From Parcubacteria group bacterium (GTDB lineage: Bacteria > Patescibacteriota > JACQLU01), in contig JACQLU010000038.1 in assembly GCA_016203935.1 (NCBI GenBank), positions 1 to 41,714 on the forward strand: 41,714 nt of DNA, read 5' to 3'. The translations under genes and the position numbers were made by a program. Under the pieces are notes generated by a model. That model was not told the origin of the DNA. It did no database searches and saw nothing but the letters and a program-made list of their open reading frames with translations. Below are positions 1 to 7,588 of this stretch, piece after piece. The number at the start of each line of letters is the position of its first letter. The first letter of the stretch is position 1.

Positions 1-41
1 CCAATGCCCTATGGGAGTATCAGCGTTTTCGCGGTGCTTAA
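1..41 (+). CDS. Probable 3' end of an unidentified gene (...NALWEYQRFRGA*)
   Basis: Open frame from the window edge to TAA 39-41, followed by a terminator-like hairpin at 96-143. Confidence 0.4.
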   Translation, partial: NALWEYQRFRGA

Positions 42-95
42 GGAAATGAATCGGTTGATGGGGAACTACGTAAAGATAGCGCTTACTAACAATAT

Positions 96-143
96 GGAGC
101 CCATACCTTAGCGGAATAGAATCCTAAGGAAAGGGCTCCTTTT
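96..143 (+). terminator. Intrinsic terminator-like hairpin
   Basis: GGAGCCC-ata-CCTTAG...CTAAGG-aaa-GGGCTCC followed by TTTT. Confidence 0.65.
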
Positions 144-172
144 CAATCTGAAAAACGCACGGAGTAAGATAC

Positions 173-201
173 TTGTCAAATCTTTTTGACCCTGCTATAG
201 T
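173..201 (+). promoter_or_regulatory. Sigma70-type promoter
   Basis: TTGTCA (173-178), 17-nt spacer, TATAGT (196-201), with extended -10 TG. Confidence 0.6.
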
Positions 202-232
202 GCGGAGGAAGTTTAGCGGAGGAGGGAAAGTC

Positions 233-721
233 ATGACCGAGGTCGTGGGTGTAATTTGTACTTCGCAGGAAAGCATCAAACGACTCAGGGAAGGCATAAA
301 AGAAGGGAGATTCCCTTACCGGATAGCGAACCTCGTGAGTCCAGGTGGTCCGGAGGATGTGTGCGACATCATTCGATCCCAGGCACCATTCCATGGAGAG
401 GAGAAGGTGGGTACAGTTCTCCCAGCGGCAAAACTCGCATGGTTAAGAGACACTCACTGCGTACACTGCCAAAGCTTCAAGATGTTGCGTAGGTGGGTAA
501 TCTTAGAATCGCCCGGCCTTGTCAGAAAAGTCCTTCTCGTCGGCAATCGTAAGGGTCGGTACTCCGATGTTAACTACTCCGCCATTTATCGTGCCTTGGA
601 GGGAGTAACGATCGTCGAAGTAGGGCCCCCTAAGTACTTCATGGGGCAGAGATTCGCTATCGAAGTTGAAGAGAAGGGGGATCAGCAGGAATTATTAGTT
701 CCCGCACCTGCGGCGGGATAG
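233..721 (+). CDS. Hypothetical protein (162 aa), self-contained orphan gene
   Basis: ATG at 233 preceded by GGAGGAGG SD; own promoter and terminator; no family recognised. Confidence 0.7.
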   Translation: MTEVVGVICTSQESIKRLREGIKEGRFPYRIANLVSPGGPEDVCDIIRSQAPFHGEEKVGTVLPAAKLAWLRDTHCVHCQSFKMLRRWVILESPGLVRKVLLVGNRKGRYSDVNYSAIYRALEGVTIVEVGPPKYFMGQRFAIEVEEKGDQQELLVPAPAAG

Positions 722-726
722 TTTCG

Positions 727-776
727 CTAAGTCGCAAGACTTAGAACCCCACGTTCTACGTGGGGCACTTCTTTTT
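727..776 (+). terminator. GCAA-tetraloop hairpin followed by intrinsic terminator
   Basis: CTAAGTC-GCAA-GACTTAG (727-744), then CCCCACG-TTCTA-CGTGGGG (747-765) and a T-rich tail. Confidence 0.7.
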
Positions 777-819
777 GAAAAGTGTTCATTACTTTTGATT
801 TTTTACTTTTGAATTTTTC

Positions 820-2130
820 CTAGTGTATATACCCCCACGTCTGTAACTTATCCGAATCCTGATACCAGCGTAGACCAATATCGGTGCGGTAGAATTTATT
901 AAGGAGAATCACATTATAGACCCGTTGATAGGTCTGTTTTCGCGCCTGTTCGACCGTGGTGCCGGAGCCGGTGACGACGAGCACGTAGCCGCTATCGCCC
1001 GCCACGTGCCAATCGCCATCAATAAACTTCACGTCGCCGAGGTGTACCCCATCGAGGTCACCGTTGAAACCGCGAAAGATGATAGAGCTATCTTGGTAGA
1101 TACGCGTGGTTTCTTCGTCGGAGAAGGGGAAGGGCGGTATGGCGATGACTACTCCAATTTGAAAGCCACGCTTCACCTTGAGGGTGAAGGCTTCTTTGGT
1201 GACCATCTTCCAAAAAAATTCGCCAATGGGCATAGTGATCCCCTCCATCTGAATGCTCATGGTAGGATACCCAAAGCGCGAGGTGAACTCCAAGGGATAA
1301 ATACCCTTGCCGTTCACAATGCAATTAAGATCGATATACCCCACGTATCCCGATTTCTGAAGATCGGGAAGCATCCGCGCCAATGTTGCTTTAAAAATGT
1401 CGTTGGGTTCGGACCAATACATCAGAGTCCCCATCTCGCCGGTGAAGGGACCTACCTCGCCCGGAAAGAGGCGTTTGTGTTCGAAGTTGACGTTGATGGG
1501 ATAGATAAAATCATTGCCGTTAAAGAATGCGCCGACGCCAATCTCAACCCCCGTGGCCACCTTCTGGAGTTGAAACGACGCGATCTTTTTCCCCCAGGCC
1601 TTTTTGTTATGACTAAGCACCTCGAGGAGATCCTTGCCGTCATCCTCGCTGCCAATAAAGAGGAGGTCTTTTTGTTCTTCCGCAACGAATTGTGAGGGCT
1701 TAAATACGTAGCGGTCGGGGTTCTTCTCGATAAACTCAATCGCGTCGTCAAATTTGGAAAAACTCCACTGGGGAAGCACATTCATTCCCAGTCGTTCCAT
1801 CTCTTCCTGGCCAAAGGCGCGGTCCATTTCAAGCCGATCGGTATAGAGACTTCCGCCGATGACGAGTTTTCCCTTCGCGCGCAGCTCATCAGCCTCTTTG
1901 CCAAAGTCGATATCGTCAAAGACAATCACATCCGCCCACTCAATATGTTTTTTCCAATCATCTATTTTCTCCAAAATTCCATCATAGACATCGGCATCCT
2001 CCTTGCGTTTAATCGAGGCGCGCACCTCGTGACCCTCGCGCTTTAACGCCCAGCCGACATCGCCACTCAAACTTTCCAGTGAAACAAAGAGCCATTTTTT
2101 GGTTGGTAATTTCTCGTTACCGTTTGGCAT
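820..2130 (-). CDS. purD: Phosphoribosylamine-glycine ligase (PurD)-like ATP-grasp protein
   Basis: LEMDRAFG, EHKRLFPGEVGPFTGEMG, LEFTSRFGYP, VLVVTGSG and FYRTDIG are GARS-family motifs. Start taken at MPNGNEK; the ORF track starts at 2163. Confidence 0.75.
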   Translation of the reverse strand: MPNGNEKLPTKKWLFVSLESLSGDVGWALKREGHEVRASIKRKEDADVYDGILEKIDDWKKHIEWADVIVFDDIDFGKEADELRAKGKLVIGGSLYTDRLEMDRAFGQEEMERLGMNVLPQWSFSKFDDAIEFIEKNPDRYVFKPSQFVAEEQKDLLFIGSEDDGKDLLEVLSHNKKAWGKKIASFQLQKVATGVEIGVGAFFNGNDFIYPINVNFEHKRLFPGEVGPFTGEMGTLMYWSEPNDIFKATLARMLPDLQKSGYVGYIDLNCIVNGKGIYPLEFTSRFGYPTMSIQMEGITMPIGEFFWKMVTKEAFTLKVKRGFQIGVVIAIPPFPFSDEETTRIYQDSSIIFRGFNGDLDGVHLGDVKFIDGDWHVAGDSGYVLVVTGSGTTVEQARKQTYQRVYNVILLNKFYRTDIGLRWYQDSDKLQTWGYIH

Positions 2131-2245
2131 GGGAAATAAAAAAGAATCTCTCCTCTTAATCATAACAGGAGAGAGAAAAAGCGCAAGGGAAATTTTTTAA
2201 AATATTTATTGCCATGCTACAATGAGACAAACTACACTGACCATT

Positions 2246-2848
2246 ATGGAGCGAAAACATCCATTCATCAATCCCGTCGTCAAAACTCTCATCTATTCTG
2301 ACGTGGTGCTCCAGTTCGGGTTTGGACTCATGGAGCCGTTTTTGGCGATTTATTTTAAAGAGGGTCTCACGGGAGGATCATTCTTTGGTATCGGTATTGC
2401 GTCGGCGATTTTTCTCGGTACGAAGGCTCTCTTTCAGCCTTTTATTGCGAAGATGAATGATCGGGCGCCGGGGTTTCTCTATGAGAAACGCTCGCTTCTC
2501 ATTGGCATGCTTATTACCTCTACAATCCCGTTCTTTTACCTTGCGATCACCCACATCTCACAGGTTTACTTCTTGCAGCTTCTCTACGGAATCGGATCTT
2601 CCTTCTCGTATCCCGCGTGGACCTCGCTCTTTACCCACCACGCTGATCGCGAGCGGGTAGGCTATGAATGGAGCGTCTACGATGTCTCGATTGGCATCTT
2701 TATGGCGCTAGCGTCGCTTCTGGGAGGCTTTATTGTAGAACAGTATAGCTTCAAAGTAATTTTTGTGCTGGTTGGCATCGTCTCGCTTCTCGCAACATTT
2801 GCTACATTTATTCTGCTACGGAAAGACTTTCGCGGGGAATCCTCTTAG
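2246..2848 (+). CDS. Half-size (about 6 TM) MFS transporter
   Basis: Hydrophobic helices with MFS-like motifs (QLLYGIGSSFSYPAW, LGGFIVEQYSF). ATG 2222 overlaps a TGnTACAAT -10 box, so 2246 is the likelier start. Confidence 0.75.
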   Translation: MERKHPFINPVVKTLIYSDVVLQFGFGLMEPFLAIYFKEGLTGGSFFGIGIASAIFLGTKALFQPFIAKMNDRAPGFLYEKRSLLIGMLITSTIPFFYLAITHISQVYFLQLLYGIGSSFSYPAWTSLFTHHADRERVGYEWSVYDVSIGIFMALASLLGGFIVEQYSFKVIFVLVGIVSLLATFATFILLRKDFRGESS

Positions 2849-3876
2849 TTGCTCTCAAGGAACTCCGCCACTCGTGGCACGAGCGCGTGTGTATCGTCGA
2901 ACCATTCAATCTTTTTATTCTTCCGAAACCATGTGAGCTGCCGCCGCGCATACGCGTGGGTAGCATACTTGAGCCTCTCGATGGCGTGGGCGAGCGTCAA
3001 GCCTCCGCGAAGATACTGACCGATCTGTCGATACCCTAACCCTGACATGCTCGGTATATCCCATCCATAACGCAGAGCCAAGTTTTTCGTCTCTTCGATA
3101 AGACCATCCTTGATCTCTTGATCTACGCGCGCATCAATGCGGCGGTAGAGTTCCTCGCGAGGAAGGGAAAGACCAATCTGGAGCACCTCAAATGGCGGCT
3201 CTTCTTTTGTTTTTTGGGCAGAAAATGGAAGGTTGGTTGTGCGAATCACTTCGAGTGCGCGAATGAGCCGCCGTTTATTGTGGGGGTCTATTACGCGCGC
3301 GGTTTCGGGGTCGTATTTTTCTAATTCTAGGAGAAGCTCCTCGTTGGTCCATTGTGAAAGTTCGCCGCGTAGGGTTGATTGTGGAGGAACTTTTGGAATT
3401 GTGAGTCCTTCTACGACTGATTGGATATAAAGTCCAGTGCCACCGACTAAAAGAGGAGGCACCTCGCTGGGCAATACGGTCAAAAGCGCCGTAACAATCT
3501 TATGGTACTCGGCAACGCTAAAGCTTTCATCCGGACGTACCACATCGATCATGAAGTGGGGAATGCTAAGTGGGGACGGTCCTCCCAAGGCAGGTTGGGT
3601 GGAGACAATGAAAACTCCGCCGCAATGGAACTGATCAATAATTGTGTACAGTTTAGCATTAGTGAATACATTTTTGTATACAGGTGCTCCGCTCATGAAC
3701 TCATTTGTTGTTCTCCACTCGCCTTTGGGTTTATCGGTTCCGATATCCATGCCGCGATAAACCAACCGCGAATCGGCGGAGATGACAATGCTGTTAAATC
3801 GCTTGGCAAGTTCAATACCAAGCACAGTTTTGCCAGAGGCGGTGGGACCAACGATGGCAACCAATTTAGATATCAT
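2845..3876 (-). CDS. miaA: tRNA dimethylallyltransferase
   Basis: GPTASGKT P-loop, ISADSRLVYRGMDIGTDKP, VGGTGLYI, NKRRLIRALEV, YARRQLTWF. Confidence 0.96.
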   Translation of the reverse strand: MISKLVAIVGPTASGKTVLGIELAKRFNSIVISADSRLVYRGMDIGTDKPKGEWRTTNEFMSGAPVYKNVFTNAKLYTIIDQFHCGGVFIVSTQPALGGPSPLSIPHFMIDVVRPDESFSVAEYHKIVTALLTVLPSEVPPLLVGGTGLYIQSVVEGLTIPKVPPQSTLRGELSQWTNEELLLELEKYDPETARVIDPHNKRRLIRALEVIRTTNLPFSAQKTKEEPPFEVLQIGLSLPREELYRRIDARVDQEIKDGLIEETKNLALRYGWDIPSMSGLGYRQIGQYLRGGLTLAHAIERLKYATHAYARRQLTWFRKNKKIEWFDDTHALVPRVAEFLESN

Positions 3877-3924
3877 ATTTGAGCTTCATTAGCTTTTTAG
3901 CTTCGTTAGTTTTTTTGCCCTGTG

Positions 3925-3954
3925 TTGACAAAAGGCTCTCATATTTAGTATACT
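3925..3954 (+). promoter_or_regulatory. Sigma70-type promoter
   Basis: TTGACA (3925-3930), 18-nt spacer, TATACT (3949-3954). Confidence 0.65.
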
Positions 3955-4096
3955 TTTCGTAAATACTAGGAGGGAGTGTTTTTGTTTTTCAGTTTTTCCC
4001 TCCTAGAAGGAGGTAGGGATATGAGGGTATCCTGAGGTCACAACATCGTCGGCAATACCTCAGGGATTCTTGTTTTTATTGCTGGAAAGGAAGGCC

Positions 4097-4297
4097 ATGG
4101 CGAAGAACGGGAATGGTGCTCGTACTGTCGGGTGGAATAACTACTGCAGAGGTGACTCCAAGCCAGGACTGCGTGAGAAGAGACGGGAGCTTATAACTAA
4201 GAGAAAACAAGAGAACCCGTCTATGATCCCCCCGGTTTCCCTTTCGCCTAGAAAAAGGAGGTTGGGCTACGTAAACAAGCAGGCCGATCTGCGATAG
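4097..4297 (+). CDS. Small basic hypothetical protein (66 aa)
   Basis: ATG with AAAGGAAGG SD; K/R-rich; bracketed by promoter 3925-3954 and terminator 4340-4370. Confidence 0.55.
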   Translation: MAKNGNGARTVGWNNYCRGDSKPGLREKRRELITKRKQENPSMIPPVSLSPRKRRLGYVNKQADLR

Positions 4298-4339
4298 ATT
4301 CATTGCAGCTCGGAGTAACACAGGGTCCGGAGATCATCA

Positions 4340-4370
4340 CGGCGGTGGAACTTCCACCGCCGAATTTTAT
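4340..4370 (+). terminator. Intrinsic terminator
   Basis: CGGCGGTGGA-ACT-TCCACCGCCG, a 10-bp stem followed by AATTTTAT. Confidence 0.7.
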
Positions 4371-4378
4371 TATGATCT

Positions 4379-4490
4379 AACTCCCCCCACCCCTCTTACT
4401 CTATGAGGGGGGGGTAAGGCGACACCTCCTCTTTCCGCCAGAGGCGGATCCTCCTTAAGCGGAAAGTTAAGAGGAGGAAAGGAGGAGTTA
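4379..4490. repeat. Nested REP-like palindromic elements
   Basis: CCCCTCTTA..TATGAGGGG and CCTCCTCTT..AAGAGGAGG inverted repeats; the second encloses TCCGCC-AGA-GGCGGA, a motif also seen at 16238 and 31777. Confidence 0.55.
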
Positions 4491-6245
4491 TGCGCGATTT
4501 TTTATTTCTTCTTTGATCATGCGGATAAAGTCGTCAAGTTGCACGCTCCCTTTGTCACCCTGATCGCGGCTATTGACGGCGACGGTCTTGGCCTCACTCT
4601 CCTTTTTCCCGATCACTAACACATATGGCGCTTTACCAAGTTTCGCATCACGCAGCTTTTTGCCTAATGTTTCGTTTTGATCGTTAAGTTCCACGCGGAT
4701 TCCATTGGTGGCAAGCGCATCTACCACCTCGCGCGCATAGGGAATATACTCATCGGCGATAGTGAGCACCGAAACCTGCACCGGCGAAAGCCAAGTGGGG
4801 AATTTGCCGGCGTAGTGTTCAATGAGGATAGCCATAAACCGTTCCACTGCGCCACTAATCGCGCGGTGGATCATTACGATTCGCTCTTCCTTTCCCTCTT
4901 CGTTTACACAGGTCAAGTTGAATCGTTCTGGCAAATTGAAGTCAAGTTGAATCGTGGCGAGCTGCCACGCACGGCCGATGGCATCGCTCGCAATAAAATC
5001 AATTTTAGGCCCGTACATGGCGGCTTCTCCCGCTCCATCGATCACGTCGGTGGCGCCTCGTTTTTCGATGATGCGCCGCATCTGATCTTCAGCCTCTTTC
5101 CATATCGCGGGAGTTCCTAAATACTTCTCAAAGTGATCGGGGTCATGCCGCGAGAAGCGCACGGCAAGCGGCATCTTAAACGGCGCATAAAAGCCATCCA
5201 CAATATCCCATACCTTCATAGCCTCTTCTTCCACTTGATTCATGCGGCAGAAGACGTGGGCGTCGTCTTGAGTGATCATCCGCACCCGTGAGAGACCAGA
5301 AAGTTCGCCGGTCTGTTCGTCGCGATAGACCGCGGTTACCTCGGAGAAACGGAGCGGAAGCTCGCGATAGCTTCGCTTGCGGCTCGCATAGATCTGGGTG
5401 TGGTGGGGGCAATTCATGGGTTTCACTGCAAACTCATGTCCTTCGCGTGAAGTGATCTTAAAGAGTTCATCCTTAAATTTCTGCCAATGCCCCGAGGTTT
5501 CGTAGAGTGCTTTCTTGGTAATGTGGGGAATTCGCACCCGCTGGTATCCCATGGGAACCTGAAGCGACTGTACAAAATTTTCGAGTTCCTCACGGATGAC
5601 GGTGCCGCGCGGCGTAAAGAGCGGAAGCCCCGGGCCGACGAGGTCCGAGAATGTAAAAAGGTCAAGTTCGACTCCCAATTTACGATGATCGCGTTTCTCG
5701 GCTTCCTCGCGTTGCTTTAAGAAAGCATCAAGTTCCTCCTGGGTCGCGAACGTGGCGCCATAAATACGCTCTAGTTGCTCACGTTTCTCATCGCCGCGCC
5801 AGTAAGCACCCGCGATGGAGAGGAGTTTCACTACACCAATATCTTTGGTTGACTCAACATGCCCGCCGCGACAGAGATCGGTAAAGACCTCGCCGGTTTT
5901 CTCAAGGCCGAGTTCAGTGGCGCCCTCTCTCACGAAGTCGTCGATTAGTTCAAGTTTAAATGGCTGGTCTTTCTTTTCAAAGAAGGTTTGTGCGGTCTTA
6001 GGACTTACCTTTTCGTGCGTAAAGGGAAGATCCTTCGCAATGATCGCCCGCATGCGTTTCTCAAGCTCGGCAAGATCCTCGGGAGCGAGCGCACGAGGAA
6101 GCAAGAAGTCATAATAGAAGCCTTCCTCAATGGCGGGGCCCACTCCCAACTTCGCGTCAGGAAACAACTCTAACACCGCCATGGCGAGGACGTGAGCGGC
6201 AGAGTGACGGCGAGATTCTAAAGAGAAAGGTTGATTTCTAGTCAT
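4488..6245 (-). CDS. thrS: Threonine--tRNA ligase
   Basis: RHSAAHVLAMAV, FYYDF, DLCRGGHV, RDHRKLG, KPMNCPHH, QDDAHVFC, MYGPKID, TIQLDF, IHRAISG; lacks the N-terminal TGS domain. Confidence 0.98.
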   Translation of the reverse strand: MTRNQPFSLESRRHSAAHVLAMAVLELFPDAKLGVGPAIEEGFYYDFLLPRALAPEDLAELEKRMRAIIAKDLPFTHEKVSPKTAQTFFEKKDQPFKLELIDDFVREGATELGLEKTGEVFTDLCRGGHVESTKDIGVVKLLSIAGAYWRGDEKREQLERIYGATFATQEELDAFLKQREEAEKRDHRKLGVELDLFTFSDLVGPGLPLFTPRGTVIREELENFVQSLQVPMGYQRVRIPHITKKALYETSGHWQKFKDELFKITSREGHEFAVKPMNCPHHTQIYASRKRSYRELPLRFSEVTAVYRDEQTGELSGLSRVRMITQDDAHVFCRMNQVEEEAMKVWDIVDGFYAPFKMPLAVRFSRHDPDHFEKYLGTPAIWKEAEDQMRRIIEKRGATDVIDGAGEAAMYGPKIDFIASDAIGRAWQLATIQLDFNLPERFNLTCVNEEGKEERIVMIHRAISGAVERFMAILIEHYAGKFPTWLSPVQVSVLTIADEYIPYAREVVDALATNGIRVELNDQNETLGKKLRDAKLGKAPYVLVIGKKESEAKTVAVNSRDQGDKGSVQLDDFIRMIKEEIKNRA

Positions 6246-6400
6246 AGCATCAGAAATAAGAAGAAGCCTCGGCAAGAAGGGATACAACAGCCGATCCTAA
6301 TCTCCAAATAGATCCGAATGATCCTAACTATTGCTACAAATATAATTCGGGGATTCCATTCGGGGCATTCGGATGTAATTCGTAGTATTCGGATCGCTGT

Positions 6401-7540
6401 TTAAAGACTTGGCGGATTTTTGACGACTACCCGAATGCGATTCTTGACGAAGGGTGTAAGGGGAAGCCAGCGCGGCGAAGTGACTACGGTAAAACGCTCG
6501 ACGTCGCTCCGGCTTTGAAAGAGCGTGGCGAGTCCCGCTTTATTCTTTGCGGCGAGCGCCTTGCCCGGAAAATCTTCCGCGGTAAGACGCGGTCCCGTCG
6601 CTACGGTGACCGTCACATGAATCGTTGCGCCGGTTTCATTCTGCGTAAGTATCTTGACCGCGATCGTCTCTGGTTGATAGGTAAGAATGGAATCCTTATC
6701 AGGAAGATCAGTGCCGGCGAGAAGGATGGCCGTCCGCGTAAGCTCGCCGAGGTCAACCGCGTACCCGGTTACGGTCGCCGAAAGGCGATATTGGCTACTC
6801 TCCTGTGATACACTATCAAGCGTTTCATCGTCAATAGTGACGGCGAGGGTTTCGGCGAGAAGCTTTTGGCGTGGCGAGAGCGTGCGACTCAATTCTTCCG
6901 TAGCTGATCGTTTCGCTTGCGCAATCAGTCGTTCCCGTAAGGCAGCAAGCTCCGCTGGTACGATCTCTTCTTCACCCCCGCCGCGGAAGGGCGCCTCAAT
7001 CTCGGCATAGAGACGATCTTTAAGATACGCGAGTGCGGTGAAAAAGAGTCGCCCCTCATTGAGATCACCTGTACTGCCCGCCTGATCGGCAACGACATGC
7101 ACGTCTGGTTGCGACTTACCGGCGGGGATAGTAGACGGTGCCTGGGTACGGAAGATGACACCCGCTTCATTTTGGAGACGCGAGCCGGCGACGATCGTTT
7201 GCTCGCGCGTCTGCGCATTCACAATGGTCACGGATCCCTCGGCGCGCCCCTCATGCGGAATGCGCGGAAGGTTACTTACATTCTCACTCACCGCGATTTG
7301 AGTCGTAAGCGGTGTAGCCGTGATTAGCTGTGGGTCGATGGGAGAGGGGTCGGTGGTGATCGTGAGGGTACGTTCAATCGCCCGGGGGACAAGTTTAGGA
7401 TAGACCGTGATCGTGGCCGAAGCAAAGGCAAAGAAGAGCACGACGAGAAAGAGAGACGTTGCGGCAATAAAAAAGGTGATCGCGAAGACGCGGAAGGGAA
7501 GAGGCGGGAGATGACTTTTTGGAGTTTTACGCCGAGACAT
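6401..7540 (-). CDS. Single-pass membrane protein, baseplate J/gp47-like (CPR-type)
   Basis: N-terminal TM followed by ATITVYP; AEGSVTIVN...GSRL...GVIFRT and VVADQAGSTGDL resemble baseplate-J-like domains. Confidence 0.55.
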   Translation of the reverse strand: MSRRKTPKSHLPPLPFRVFAITFFIAATSLFLVVLFFAFASATITVYPKLVPRAIERTLTITTDPSPIDPQLITATPLTTQIAVSENVSNLPRIPHEGRAEGSVTIVNAQTREQTIVAGSRLQNEAGVIFRTQAPSTIPAGKSQPDVHVVADQAGSTGDLNEGRLFFTALAYLKDRLYAEIEAPFRGGGEEEIVPAELAALRERLIAQAKRSATEELSRTLSPRQKLLAETLAVTIDDETLDSVSQESSQYRLSATVTGYAVDLGELTRTAILLAGTDLPDKDSILTYQPETIAVKILTQNETGATIHVTVTVATGPRLTAEDFPGKALAAKNKAGLATLFQSRSDVERFTVVTSPRWLPLTPFVKNRIRVVVKNPPSL

Positions 7541-7588
7541 AGTTTCTCTTTGTTTTTATTCTATCACTCTCGAATACGCATTGACTAC

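Noticed and set aside
4021-4140. Genome-wide UGA recoding (code 25) or a selenoprotein
   Set aside because: TGA is clearly a stop in several genes (12172, 14076, 16205, 30507, 36544), and no Sec machinery is visible in the window.
3961-4370. tmRNA, RNase P or 6S RNA
   Set aside because: No tRNA-like ends and no RNase P GAGGAAAGTCC signature were found; an SD-led ORF fits better.
6401-7540. Prophage or contractile injection system suggested by the baseplate-J-like gene
   Set aside because: It is a solitary TM-anchored gene between dnaE and thrS with no other phage structural genes.
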